Positions 10,205 through 19,579 of a stretch of DNA of 40,982 bases are shown piece by piece. This DNA is from Deltaproteobacteria bacterium. Its GTDB lineage: Bacteria; Desulfobacterota; Deferrimicrobia; Deferrimicrobiales; Deferrimicrobiaceae. The notes under the pieces were generated by a model. The model did no database searches, was not told the origin of the DNA, and saw only the letters and a program-made list of their open reading frames with translations. Numbering within the stretch: the stretch's first letter is position 1; each line of letters starts with the position of its first letter. The stretch spans positions 1 to 40,982 of the forward strand of contig JBBISC010000005.1 of assembly GCA_037441465.1 (NCBI GenBank), written 5' to 3'. The position numbers and the translations under genes were made by a program.

Positions 10205-10212
10205 TTCCGGCC

Positions 10213-10914
10213 GTGAACATCTCGCTGCTCACGTGCACCCCCGACCCGGAGCGCGTCGTCGCGCTCGCGGCGCGGCTGTGCTACTCCCCCGCGTCGATCG
10301 GTGAACTACAGGAGGAAATCTCCCGGCGGGAGGCGAGGAATCTCGTCCGCCGGGTCCTCTCGATGGGGCACTCCTCCGTCCTCGAGCATGTGACCCTCAC
10401 CTACGGTGTGGAAGGGATCTCCCGCGCCGCCTCGCACCAGCTGGTCCGACACCGGATCGCCTCGTATTCCCAGCAGAGCCAGCGGTACGTCGCCGCGAAG
10501 TTCGGGTACGTCACTCCCCCGACCATCGCGGCCTCCCCCGGTCTTTTGGCCGGTTATGAGCGCCACATGGCTGCCTGCTCCCGGCTTTACGCGAAATTGA
10601 TGAAGGCCGGCGTCCCGCCGGAGGACGCGCGCTTCGCCCTTCCCAATGCGACGGAAACGAAGATCCTGGTCACGATGAACGCGCGGGAATTGCACCATTT
10701 CTTCGCCCTGCGCACGTGCCGACGGGCGCAGTGGGAGATCCGCGAAATGGCGAGGCGGATGCTCTCGGCCGCGAGGGAACGGGCGCCGCTGCTGTTCGAG
10801 ACGGCAGGCCCCGGCTGCGTCCGGGGCCGGTGCCCGGAGGGGAAGATGAGCTGCGGCAAGCCGGCGGAGGTGCGCCGGGAGATCGCGGCTCTCCGGAAGG
10901 GGGTCGGCGCCTGA
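10213..10914 (+). CDS. thyX: FAD-dependent thymidylate synthase ThyX
   Basis: ThyX signature RHRIASYSQQSQRY, plus HSSVLEH. GTG 10213 is preferred because the longer track ORF (10117) would translate the repeat array. Confidence 0.9.
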   Translation: MNISLLTCTPDPERVVALAARLCYSPASIGELQEEISRREARNLVRRVLSMGHSSVLEHVTLTYGVEGISRAASHQLVRHRIASYSQQSQRYVAAKFGYVTPPTIAASPGLLAGYERHMAACSRLYAKLMKAGVPPEDARFALPNATETKILVTMNARELHHFFALRTCRRAQWEIREMARRMLSAARERAPLLFETAGPGCVRGRCPEGKMSCGKPAEVRREIAALRKGVGA

Positions 10915-11861
10915 TGCCCCCGGAACCTGCGGAACTCGTCCTCGGCGGCCAGGCTGTCATCGAGGGCGTGATGATGAAGGGGCCGCTGGCGTACGCGGTC
11001 GCGGTGCGGAAAGCCAACGGGGAGATCCGGGTCCGGGACTTCCCCCTCGTAGAGTCGGGGGCGAGGAAGCGGATCGCGAAGATCCCCCTGGTGCGCGGGG
11101 TGGTGACGATGGCGGCGATGCTGACGATCGGGTACCGCGCCCTGCAATACTCGGCGGACGAGGCGATGGGGGACGCGGAAGGTGCCTCGGCAGCCGCGAA
11201 GGACATGGGGGAAGGCGCGGTATCGGGAGGTCTGGCCATGGTGGGCGCGATGGCGATGGCGTTTCTCCTGGGAGTCGGCCTCTTTTTTCTTCTCCCGCTG
11301 TACGCAACCCATCTCCTTGCCGGCCTGGTCCCCGCCCTCCGGGGGTCGATCGCCTTCAATCTCGCGGACGGGGCGATCCGCGTTCTGATCTTCGTCCTGT
11401 ACATCGTCGGGATCTCGCGGATGAAGGACATCCGGAGGGTCTTCGAGTACCACGGCGCGGAGCACAAGGTGATCAACGCCTACGAGGCGAAGGCGGACCT
11501 CGCGCCCGAAGCGGTGCGGGAGTACCCGCGCCTGCACCCGCGGTGCGGCACCAGTTTCCTCCTGTTCGTCATGGTGATCAGCATCCTCGTTTTCTCCCTC
11601 ATCCCGAGGGAGAGCTCCCTGCTGGCGAAGGCGTTCCTGCGGCTTCCGCTGATCCCCGCGATCGCGGGGATCTCCTACGAGGTCCTGCGGCTGTCGGCGA
11701 AGAAGATCCGGTCCCCCTGGTTCCGGGCGCTCGTCGCGCCGGGGCTGTGGCTGCAGCGGCTGACCACCCGGGAGCCGGATCTGCCACAGATCGAGGTGGC
11801 GATCGCGTCGTTCCGGCGTGTGTCGGGGCCGCCGGGGTCGGAGGTCTCTCTTGTGGGATAG
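10914..11861 (+). CDS. DUF1385-family membrane protein (the gene that commonly precedes prfA-prmC)
   Basis: N-terminus LGGQAVIEGVMMKGP and the motif HGAEHKVINAYE are characteristic of DUF1385. TGATG start/stop overlap with thyX. Confidence 0.85.
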   Translation: MPPEPAELVLGGQAVIEGVMMKGPLAYAVAVRKANGEIRVRDFPLVESGARKRIAKIPLVRGVVTMAAMLTIGYRALQYSADEAMGDAEGASAAAKDMGEGAVSGGLAMVGAMAMAFLLGVGLFFLLPLYATHLLAGLVPALRGSIAFNLADGAIRVLIFVLYIVGISRMKDIRRVFEYHGAEHKVINAYEAKADLAPEAVREYPRLHPRCGTSFLLFVMVISILVFSLIPRESSLLAKAFLRLPLIPAIAGISYEVLRLSAKKIRSPWFRALVAPGLWLQRLTTREPDLPQIEVAIASFRRVSGPPGSEVSLVG

Positions 11862-12918
11862 GCTTGAATCGGTCACGGCGCGGATACCAGAGCTGGAGCG
11901 GCTGTTGTCGGACCCTTCGGTCATGGGGAATTCGCGGGAGATGCAGAGGATCGGGCGGGAACTCGCCGAACTGCGCCCGGTGGCGGCAGCCCACGCGCGG
12001 TACCGGCAGATCGAACAGGAGCTCGCCGACAACCGCACCCTTCAGGACGGCGAGACCGATCCCGCGATGAAGGCGATGGTCCGCGAGGAGATCGATCGAC
12101 TGACCTCGGAAAAGGATCGTCTCGCGGAGGAGATCCGCGCCCTGCTCCTCCCGAAGGATCCCAACGACGAAAAGAATATCCTCATCGAGATCCGCGCAGG
12201 CGCCGGGGGAGACGAAGCGTCCGCCTTCGCCGGGGAGCTCTTCCGCGCCTACGGTATGTACGCCGACTCCAAGCGCTGGAAGGTCGAGATCCTCTCCCGC
12301 AGCGAGACGGGGCTGGGGGGGACCAAGGAAGTGATCGCCATGATCGAGGGGTGCGGGGCGTACAGCCGCCTGAAGTACGAAAGCGGCGTCCACCGGGTCC
12401 AGCGCGTGCCGGCGACGGAAGCGGGGGGACGGATCCACACCTCCACGGTGACCGTGGCGGTGATGCCCGAGGCGGAAGAAGTGGACGTCCAGATCCAGCC
12501 GGACGACCTCCGGATCGACGTATTCCGCTCCTCCGGCCCCGGCGGCCAGAGCGTCAACACCACCGACTCCGCGGTGCGCATCACGCACGTTCCCACGGGG
12601 TTTGTCGTCCAGTGCCAGGACGAGAAGTCCCAGTTGAAGAACAAGTCGAAGGCGTTGAAAATCCTCCGCTCGCGCCTCTACGACGCCGAGATGGCGAAAC
12701 GCCAGTCCGAGCGGGCCGACCTGCGCCGCTCCCAGGTGGGAACCGGGGACCGGAGCGAACGGATCCGCACCTACAATTTTCCCCAGAATCGCGTGACCGA
12801 CCACCGGATCGGACTGACGGTGCACCAGCTCTCCTCGGTGCTCGACGGCGGGTTCGACCCCTTCATCGACGCCCTGACGTCCCACGCCCAAGTCGAGGCG
12901 CTCCGCAAGACCGGCTAA
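11851..12918 (+). CDS. prfA: Peptide chain release factor 1
   Basis: RF1-specific PAT tripeptide (RVPATEAGGR) and the GGQ motif (SGPGGQSVNTTDSAVR). TTG 11851 is preceded by GGAGG at 11840-11844. Confidence 0.96.
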   Translation: MWDRLESVTARIPELERLLSDPSVMGNSREMQRIGRELAELRPVAAAHARYRQIEQELADNRTLQDGETDPAMKAMVREEIDRLTSEKDRLAEEIRALLLPKDPNDEKNILIEIRAGAGGDEASAFAGELFRAYGMYADSKRWKVEILSRSETGLGGTKEVIAMIEGCGAYSRLKYESGVHRVQRVPATEAGGRIHTSTVTVAVMPEAEEVDVQIQPDDLRIDVFRSSGPGGQSVNTTDSAVRITHVPTGFVVQCQDEKSQLKNKSKALKILRSRLYDAEMAKRQSERADLRRSQVGTGDRSERIRTYNFPQNRVTDHRIGLTVHQLSSVLDGGFDPFIDALTSHAQVEALRKTG

Positions 12919-13332
12919 GTGCTGCGTTTCATCAATACGGCGGCATGTGTCCGTGGGATACTCAGACTTCGGGCTCGCGGGGGGGCTTCCACTCCGCTAC
13001 GCTCGCGACCTTCGACCGCTCGCTGCGATTCCGTTCGACGCATACTTTGCCTCACTCCATACGCCGCCCCACTCCCGGGCGATAACCTCTCCCTGGGGTA
13101 CCCCAGTGTAGAGAGGCCGGGGGGCACAGTGAGGTAAAGCGCAGCCGTGCAGGTTCACCGCACGGCGAGCCACGAACGGAGCCCCGCCCTCCGAGGCGGC
13201 GCAGCCGAAGCGGGAGTCCCGTAGGCGCCCCACTACGAGCTTCGCGCTGCCGGAGTACCCCCGCAGTTCGAAAAACGGTGGGCACATCGTCTTCCGGGAT
13301 CGGGTTGGATTCGAATTATGGCGGGGAGCACC
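12918..13332. repeat. Mosaic intergenic repeat, copy C (415 nt): V end, degenerate X-like stretch, X, Y, Z-like, X variant, W end
   Basis: The left end AGTGCTGCGTTTCATCAATACGG is an inverted version of the right end ...CGAATTATGGCGGGGAGCACC. Internal modules are X at 13062-13104, Y at 13127-13205, Z-like at 13206-13223 and an X variant at 13224-13262. TA flanks both ends (12916-12917 and 13333-13334). Confidence 0.8.
13127..13205. repeat. Module Y copy 1: 79 nt, identical to 19677-19755
   Basis: CAGTGAGGTAAAGCGCAGCCGTGCAGGTTCACCGCACGGCGAGCCACGAACGGAGCCCCGCCCTCCGAGGCGGCGCAGC occurs twice with no mismatch. It contains a 7-bp hairpin, GCCGTGC (13144-13150) paired with GCACGGC (13160-13166). Confidence 0.95.
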
Positions 13333-13365
13333 TAGCCGGAATCGCAGCGGAATAGGGGTTGGGAC

Positions 13366-14194
13366 ATGCGCCTTTCGGAATTGCTCGCGATCTGCCGTCG
13401 GGAGATGGCGGGCGTACGGGACGCCGCCCCCGGCGAGGCGGAGATCCTCGTTTCCGCGGTCACCGGGATTCCCCGGGGACGCCTCTTCCTGTCGATGGAT
13501 TCCGATGTTGGCAGCCCCGGGGAATGTCTTTCCGGGATGATCGCACGCCGCGTCGCCGGCGAGCCGCTGCAGTACGTTCTCGGCGCCTGGGATTTCTCCG
13601 GAAGGGAGTTCCTGCTCTCCCCCGACACGCTCATCCCTCGTCCCGAGACGGAGGGGCTGGCGGAACGGGCGGTGGCCGCTCTTCAACGTTCCCCGATGGC
13701 GCGACCCCTTGCGCTCGACGTGGGGACCGGGAGCGGGGCGATCGCGGTGACCCTTGCCGCGGAGGTTCCCGCGGCCCGCGTTGTGGCCACCGACATCTCT
13801 CCCGGCGCACTGCGGAAGGCGCGCGAGAACGCGGAGCGCCACGGCGTGGCGGCCCGCGTCCTGCCGATCTGCTGCGACCTGCTTTCCGCCTTGAAATGCA
13901 GGGGCCGATTTGCTGTAGTGGTCTCGAACCCTCCGTACGTCGGCGAGGGGGAGTGGCACCTCCTGCCGCCCGAGGTGCACGACCACGAGCCGCCGGGGGC
14001 GCTTCTTGCCGGCCGGGACGGCCTCTCGGTCCTGCGGCCCCTGATCGCAGGCGCCGCCGGGCTCCTGTCGCGCTTTGCAGGGGGAGGCGGTATCCTCGCT
14101 GCCGTGCGGTTCCCTGCGGCCGCTGGGGGTCTTTCCGGACCTCGCGGGGCGGGACCGGTACGTCGGTTGGAAAAAACCGGAACGGGAGCGCTGA
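13366..14194 (+). pseudogene. prmC: Release-factor glutamine N5-methyltransferase PrmC, disrupted by a frameshift or internal deletion near 14068-14077
   Basis: Frame 1 carries the SAM motif [12 protein letters not shown] and NPPY (VVSNPPYV). The family-typical C-terminus (LQGEAVSSL...[13 protein letters not shown], stop TGA 14192-14194) is only readable in the next frame. As sequenced, frame 1 runs on without a stop into murA (the literal ORF is 13366-15468). Confidence 0.75.
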
Positions 14195-15468
14195 CACTGG
14201 ACATCTTCGTCATCAAGGGGGGGAGGCGGCTTTCGGGGGCCTGCCGTGTCTCCGGCGCGAAAAACGCCGTGCTGCCGGCAATGGCGGCGTCCCTGCTCGC
14301 CGAGGGACCGGTGGAGGTCGTCGGGGCGCCGCGGCTCCGGGACATCGCCACGTTCGCCAAGCTTCTCGGGATCCTCGGCGCGGAGGTTACGCACGACGGC
14401 GGCGGCGCGAACGGGCGCGAGGTGTTGAGGATCACGCCCGGGATCGCCCGGAAGGTCGAGGCGCCCTACGAGCTGGTGAAGACGATGCGCGCGTCGGTCC
14501 TGGTCCTCGGGCCGCTTCTCGCCCGGTATGGACGGGCCCGGATCTCCCTTCCCGGCGGGTGCGCGATCGGCGCCCGCCCGATCGACCAGCACCTGCGGGG
14601 GCTGGAGCTCATGGGGGCGAGGACCTCCCTCTCCGAGGGGTACATCGAGGCGTCGGCGGATCGCCTTTCGGGCGCCGCCGTCACCTTCGACATGAAGACC
14701 GTCACGGGGACGGAGAACCTGATGATGGCCGCCTCCCTCGCCGGGGGGACGACCGTCCTTTCGAACGCGGCGCAGGAGCCCGAGGTGTGCGACCTCGCTC
14801 GGCTGCTGCGAGCCATGGGGGCCGACATCGAGGGGGAAGGCACCGACGAGATCGTGGTCCGGGGGGTCCGTTCCCTCCACGGGGCGCGCCACGAGGTGAT
14901 GGCGGACCGGATCGAGGCGGCGACTCTGCTCCTGGCCGGCGCGATCACGGGCGGAGACGTGACGGCGCTGGGCGCGGACGCCTCGTCGATGAACGCCGTC
15001 GTCGAAAAGCTCCGGAGAAGCGGGGCCGACGTGGACTGCGTCCCGGGAGGGGTGCGTGTCCGCAGAGAGGGGCCGATCCGTTCGGTGAACGTCAACACCG
15101 CTCCGTACCCCGGGTTTCCCACGGACGTGCAGGCGCAGTTCATGGCCTACATGTGCCTCGGCGACGGTTTCAGCCTCATTTCCGAGACGATCTTCGAGAA
15201 CCGGTTCATGCACGTGGCCGAACTGCGGCGGATGGGGGCAAGGATCGACGTTTCGGGGAACACGGCCGCGGTGAAGGGGTTCCCGGCGCTTTCCGGGGCG
15301 CCGCTCATGGCGACCGACCTTCGCGCCTCGGCTTCCCTGGTGCTTGCGGGCCTGGCCGCGTCGGGAACGACCGAGGTGCTCCGGATCTACCACCTCGATC
15401 GCGGCTATGAGGCGCTGGAACACAGGCTCTCCTCCCTGGGCGCCGATATCGCCCGGGTGAAGGAATAG
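14167..15468 (+). CDS. murA: UDP-N-acetylglucosamine 1-carboxyvinyltransferase MurA (start codon uncertain)
   Basis: Homology to the MurA N-terminus starts at [14 protein letters not shown]...SGAKNAVLP (CTG 14197). The catalytic-Cys loop [15 protein letters not shown] is present. The only in-frame candidate starts are GTG 14104, TTG 14167, and CTG 14191 or 14197. The end coordinate is firm. Confidence 0.9.
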   Translation: MEKTGTGALTLDIFVIKGGRRLSGACRVSGAKNAVLPAMAASLLAEGPVEVVGAPRLRDIATFAKLLGILGAEVTHDGGGANGREVLRITPGIARKVEAPYELVKTMRASVLVLGPLLARYGRARISLPGGCAIGARPIDQHLRGLELMGARTSLSEGYIEASADRLSGAAVTFDMKTVTGTENLMMAASLAGGTTVLSNAAQEPEVCDLARLLRAMGADIEGEGTDEIVVRGVRSLHGARHEVMADRIEAATLLLAGAITGGDVTALGADASSMNAVVEKLRRSGADVDCVPGGVRVRREGPIRSVNVNTAPYPGFPTDVQAQFMAYMCLGDGFSLISETIFENRFMHVAELRRMGARIDVSGNTAAVKGFPALSGAPLMATDLRASASLVLAGLAASGTTEVLRIYHLDRGYEALEHRLSSLGADIARVKE

Positions 15469-15480
15469 GAGGCGGGACGC

Positions 15481-16776
15481 ATGCGGTGGTACCGGTCGGG
15501 AACGGCGGGGTTCCGCGAGGCGCTTGGAAGGGCGGAGATTCGCGGTTCCGCCGGCGCGGAGAAGGTGTCCCCGGTCGTCGGGGAAATCCTCCGGTCGGTT
15601 CGGGAAGGCGGCGACGCGGCGCTGGCGGAGTACACGCGGCGGTTCGACCGGTTCGACCCCCGCAGGAAGGGGTTCGTCGTTCCGCCGCGTGAGATCGACG
15701 CGGCGTGGCGGCGCCTTCCGGCGGCGTTGAAACGGTCCCTCGAGCTGGCGGGGGAGCGGATCGAGGCGTTTCACCGGCACCAGGTCGAGGGCGGGTTCGG
15801 GGTCTCCCTCTCCGGGGCAACCCTCGGACAGCGGGTCCTGCCGGTCGCCCGCGCGGGAGTGTACGTGCCCGGGGGGAAGGCGGCGTACCCGTCGACCCTC
15901 CTGATGAACGCCCTCCCGGCCCGCGTGGCGGGGGTGCCCGAGATCGTCGCGGCGTGCTCCGCCCCCGGCGGCAAGGTCCAGGATGTCGTGCTGGCGGCCG
16001 CCCGGATCGCCGGCGTTTCCGCCGTGTACCGTATCGGTGGTGCGCAGGCGATCGCCGCGCTCGCCTACGGGACGGAGTCCGTTCCGCGCGTCGACGTGAT
16101 CTCGGGTCCCGGCAACGCCTACGTCACCGAAGCCAAGCGCCAGGTCTTCGGCTCCGTCGGGATCGACATGCTCGCGGGGCCGAGCGAGCTGGTGGTGCTC
16201 GCGGACCGGACCGCGAATCCCGCATACGTCGCGGCGGATCTTCTCTCCCAGGCGGAGCACGACGAGGATGCCTTCGTGGCGCTGGTGACGAATTCGCGCG
16301 AGCTGCCCCCGGCGGTGGAGCGCGAGCTCGCGCGGCAGGCGCGCTCCCTTCCGCGCCGCGAAATCCTGCGGGAGTCCATTTCCCTCGCCGAGGGATTTCT
16401 GACACGCTCCCTCCGGGAGACGGTCGAGATCGTCAACCGGCTTGCGCCGGAGCACCTGAGCATCGTCACCCGGGAACCGTGGAAGGACTTTTCGGGGATT
16501 CGCAACGCGGGCACCGTGTTTCTGGGCCCCTTCAGCCCGGTGGCCGTGGGCGACTATATCGCCGGGATCAACCACACCCTCCCGACCGGCGGGGCGGCAC
16601 GCTTTTCATCCCCCCTCGGAGTTGCCGATTTCCTCAAGAAAATTAACGTGGTATCATATGAATTTTCAGCGCTCCGGTCCGATGCCCCGCATGTGGTGCG
16701 GCTGGCCCGGAAAGAGGGACTGGCCGCGCACGCGCAATCGGTCCTATTGCGCACCCGTGGAAGGGGGAAGCGGTGA
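15481..16776 (+). CDS. hisD: Histidinol dehydrogenase
   Basis: Full-length 431-aa ORF with typical HisD sequence ([28 protein letters not shown]). Confidence 0.96.
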   Translation: MRWYRSGTAGFREALGRAEIRGSAGAEKVSPVVGEILRSVREGGDAALAEYTRRFDRFDPRRKGFVVPPREIDAAWRRLPAALKRSLELAGERIEAFHRHQVEGGFGVSLSGATLGQRVLPVARAGVYVPGGKAAYPSTLLMNALPARVAGVPEIVAACSAPGGKVQDVVLAAARIAGVSAVYRIGGAQAIAALAYGTESVPRVDVISGPGNAYVTEAKRQVFGSVGIDMLAGPSELVVLADRTANPAYVAADLLSQAEHDEDAFVALVTNSRELPPAVERELARQARSLPRREILRESISLAEGFLTRSLRETVEIVNRLAPEHLSIVTREPWKDFSGIRNAGTVFLGPFSPVAVGDYIAGINHTLPTGGAARFSSPLGVADFLKKINVVSYEFSALRSDAPHVVRLARKEGLAAHAQSVLLRTRGRGKR

Positions 16777-17366
16777 TGAACCGGGAAGGCCAGGTCGAGC
16801 GGACCACGAAGGAGACCCGGATCAATCTCTCCCTGCGGCTTTCGGGGGAAGGGTCGGGAAAGATCGGCACGGGGGTTCCCTTCCTCGACCACATGCTGAC
16901 GCTGTTCTCGCGTCACGGGCTGTTCGACCTGACGATCGTGGCGAAGGGGGACGTCGAGGTCGACTTCCACCACGTGGTCGAGGATGTGGGGATCTGCCTC
17001 GGGGAGGCATTCCGCCAGGCCCTCGGGGACATGAAGGGAATTCGCCGGTACGGGCACGCGGTCGTGCCGATGATCGAGGCGCTGGCGGCGGTAACGGTTG
17101 ACGTTTCCGCGCGGCCGCACCTGGTCTACAACTCCCCCCTCGGGAAAGAGAAGGTCGGAACGTTCGACGTCGAGCTCGTGGAAGAGTTCCTGAGGGCGTT
17201 TGCCCAGTCGTCGGGCGTCTGCCTGCACGTAAACGTGGCGTACGGCTCCAACGCGCACCACACCGTCGAGGCGGTGTTCAAGGCGCTCGGGCGCGCCATG
17301 TCCGCTGCGGTGGAACTCGATCCGCGCGTAAAGGACGTTCCCTCCACGAAGGGGGTTCTCGGGTGA
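16773..17366 (+). CDS. hisB: Imidazoleglycerol-phosphate dehydratase
   Basis: [19 protein letters not shown] and HHVVEDVGI motifs. The start is GTG 16773 or ATG 16776, overlapping the hisD stop. Confidence 0.95.
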   Translation: MMNREGQVERTTKETRINLSLRLSGEGSGKIGTGVPFLDHMLTLFSRHGLFDLTIVAKGDVEVDFHHVVEDVGICLGEAFRQALGDMKGIRRYGHAVVPMIEALAAVTVDVSARPHLVYNSPLGKEKVGTFDVELVEEFLRAFAQSSGVCLHVNVAYGSNAHHTVEAVFKALGRAMSAAVELDPRVKDVPSTKGVLG

Positions 17367-17379
17367 TGGGACGCCCTTC

Positions 17380-18033
17380 ATGACGGCGGGATCCGCCATC
17401 GGTGTCGTGGACTACGGGATGGGGAACCTGCGCAGCGTGGGCAAGGCCCTCGAGTCCCTCGGTTTCCGGACCCTTGTCAGCGGCGATCCGAAGGCGCTTT
17501 CCTCCTGCAGCGGGATCGTTTTTCCCGGTGTCGGGGCGTTCCGCGACTGCATGGGGAACGTCGTCCGCCAGGGGCTGCTGCCGTTCCTTCGGGAATACCT
17601 CGCCGAAGGAAGGCCGTTCCTCGGCATCTGCGTGGGGATGCAGCTGCTCTTCTCCGGGAGCGAGGAGTTCGGTCGCCACGAGGGGATCGGCTTCTTCCCC
17701 GGGAACGTGGTCCGGTTCCCCGGCGACATGCCGGCCCGGGACGGAGGTGTGCTCAAGGTGCCGCACATGGGGTGGAACGATGTGGAAGTGGTCGGAGATC
17801 CTCCGGCTCTCCGCGGAATCCCCTCGGGAACGTACTTCTACTTCGTGCACTCGTACTACGCCGCGCCGCAGGATCCCGGGGACGTGACGTGCCGTTCGAC
17901 GTACGGGGTGCCGTTCGCCGCCGCGGTGAGTCGGGGAAACCGCCTTGCCGTCCAGTTCCACCCCGAGAAGAGCCAGGCCGCGGGTCTGCGGCTCCTCGGG
18001 AACTTCGGCCGCCTTTGCGCGGAAGCCGCATAA
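17380..18033 (+). CDS. hisH: Imidazole glycerol phosphate synthase, glutamine amidotransferase subunit
   Basis: Class I amidotransferase with the nucleophile-Cys motif [14 protein letters not shown] and a C-terminal FHPEKS. Confidence 0.95.
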   Translation: MTAGSAIGVVDYGMGNLRSVGKALESLGFRTLVSGDPKALSSCSGIVFPGVGAFRDCMGNVVRQGLLPFLREYLAEGRPFLGICVGMQLLFSGSEEFGRHEGIGFFPGNVVRFPGDMPARDGGVLKVPHMGWNDVEVVGDPPALRGIPSGTYFYFVHSYYAAPQDPGDVTCRSTYGVPFAAAVSRGNRLAVQFHPEKSQAAGLRLLGNFGRLCAEAA

Positions 18034-18044
18034 GAGGGGACATC

Positions 18045-18776
18045 GTGCCGTTCCAGGTCATTCCGGCGATCGACATCCAGGGGGGGAAGGCGGTCCGGCT
18101 TCGCCAGGGACGCGCCGAGGACGCCACGATCTTCTCGGACTCCCCGCTGGAAGTGGCCCGCCGGTTCGTCGCCGCGGGGGCGTCAAGCCTCCACGTGGTG
18201 GATCTCGACGGGGCGTTTCTCGGCAGGCCGGTGAACTCGGAGATCATCTATCGCATCGCCTCCGGAGCGGGCGTGCCGGTGCAGGTGGGAGGCGGCGTGC
18301 GGAATTACGATTCGGCGTCCCGGTACTTCGCCGCGGGTGTGTCCCGCGTGATCCTCGGGACCTCGATCGTACGCAGCCCCGAGGAGGTCACCCGGATCAC
18401 CCGCGCTTACCCCGGAAAGGTGGCGGCGGGGATCGACGCGCGCGACGGTCGTGTGGCGATCCGCGGATGGGTGGAGATGACGGGCGTCATCGCGGTGGAA
18501 CTCGCGCGCCAGATCGAGGAGGGCGGCGTCTCCTGCTTCATCTACACCGACATCGCCCGCGACGGGATGATGGTGGGTCCCAACTTCGACGCCATCCGCG
18601 ATTTCGCGAAGGGCGTCTCCACCCCGGTGATCGCCTCCGGCGGCGTGACCACCCTCGACGACCTGCGCAGACTCAGGGCGATGGAAAGCGAGGGGGTGGC
18701 CGGCGCGATCATCGGCCGGGCCCTGTACGACGGCTCGATCGACCTGGCCGAGGCGCTGAAGGCGGAACGGGAGTAG
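18045..18776 (+). CDS. hisA: 1-(5-phosphoribosyl)-5-[(5-phosphoribosylamino)methylideneamino]imidazole-4-carboxamide isomerase
   Basis: [16 protein letters not shown]-terminus and (beta/alpha)8 HisA-type sequence. GTG 18045 is preceded by AGAGGGGA. Confidence 0.94.
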   Translation: MPFQVIPAIDIQGGKAVRLRQGRAEDATIFSDSPLEVARRFVAAGASSLHVVDLDGAFLGRPVNSEIIYRIASGAGVPVQVGGGVRNYDSASRYFAAGVSRVILGTSIVRSPEEVTRITRAYPGKVAAGIDARDGRVAIRGWVEMTGVIAVELARQIEEGGVSCFIYTDIARDGMMVGPNFDAIRDFAKGVSTPVIASGGVTTLDDLRRLRAMESEGVAGAIIGRALYDGSIDLAEALKAERE

Positions 18777-18799
18777 GGCCTGGGCCCTACGTCCGGGGA

Positions 18800-19579
18800 A
18801 TGCTGGCCAAGCGGATCATCCCGTGCCTGGACGTGAAGGACGGCCGCGTCGTCAAGGGCGTCCGGTTCGTGGACCTGCGGGACGCCGGGGACCCGGTGGA
18901 GATCGCGCAGCGGTACGACCGCGAAGAGGCGGACGAGCTCGTCTATCTCGATATCACGGCGTCCCACGAGAAGAGGGATATCCTCATCGACGTCGTGCGC
19001 AAGACGGCGGAGCAGGTCTTCATGCCGCTTACCGTGGGCGGAGGGATCCGCACGATCGAGGATATCCGGAGCCTGCTGCTCGCGGGGGCCGACAAGGTGT
19101 CGATCAACACGGCTGCCGTCGCCGACCCCGACTTCGTCCGCCGCGCGGCCGAACGTTTTGGAAGCCAGTGCACGGTGGTGGCGATCGACGCCCGGTCGGT
19201 GCCGGGCCGGTCCGGGGAGTGGGAGGTGTACACCCACGGCGGGCGCAGGTCCACGGGCCTCGACGCGGTGAGATGGGCCCGGCGGATGGACGAGTGCGGG
19301 TCCGGCGAGATCCTGCTGACCAGCATGGACCGCGACGGCACCCGGGACGGTTACGACATCCCGCTGACGCGCGCCATCGCCGACGCGGTTCGCATCCCCG
19401 TGATCGCCTCGGGCGGAGTGGGGACCCTCGCGCACCTTCTGGAAGGGGTGACGTCGGGGGGAGCGGACGCGGTGCTCGCAGCCTCCATCTTCCACTACGG
19501 GGAGCACACCGTGGGGGAGGCGAAGGAGTACCTCCGGCGCCACGGCGTTCCCGTGCGGCCGGCGATGACGCAGTACTAA
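18800..19579 (+). CDS. hisF: Imidazole glycerol phosphate synthase, cyclase subunit
   Basis: [21 protein letters not shown]-terminus, plus PLTVGGGIR and ASGGVG motifs. Confidence 0.96.
   Translation: MLAKRIIPCLDVKDGRVVKGVRFVDLRDAGDPVEIAQRYDREEADELVYLDITASHEKRDILIDVVRKTAEQVFMPLTVGGGIRTIEDIRSLLLAGADKVSINTAAVADPDFVRRAAERFGSQCTVVAIDARSVPGRSGEWEVYTHGGRRSTGLDAVRWARRMDECGSGEILLTSMDRDGTRDGYDIPLTRAIADAVRIPVIASGGVGTLAHLLEGVTSGGADAVLAASIFHYGEHTVGEAKEYLRRHGVPVRPAMTQY

Noticed and set aside
12919-13137. 72-aa + strand ORF and other small ORFs inside the repeat regions (for example 12915-13127(-), 9850-10125(-) and 9767-10186(+))
   Set aside because: They are translations of the repeat modules. The peptide [12 protein letters not shown] recurs wherever X occurs. 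They lack SD sequences and have shadow-frame composition.
15469-15480. Histidine leader peptide or attenuator before hisD
   Set aside because: Only 12 nt separate murA and hisD. There is no His-codon run or alternative hairpins anywhere upstream within the operon.
12997-16575. 1192-aa ORF on the - strand, plus similar long antisense or out-of-frame ORFs such as 776-2386(-), 4563-6272(-), 10587-12038(-), 18542-19915(-), 22371-24836(-), 37523-39175(-) and 38851-40299(-)
   Set aside because: All lie opposite or out of frame to strongly conserved housekeeping genes. They are Arg/Pro/Gly-rich with no recognisable motifs, and they are the expected stop-codon-poor shadow frames of high-GC DNA.
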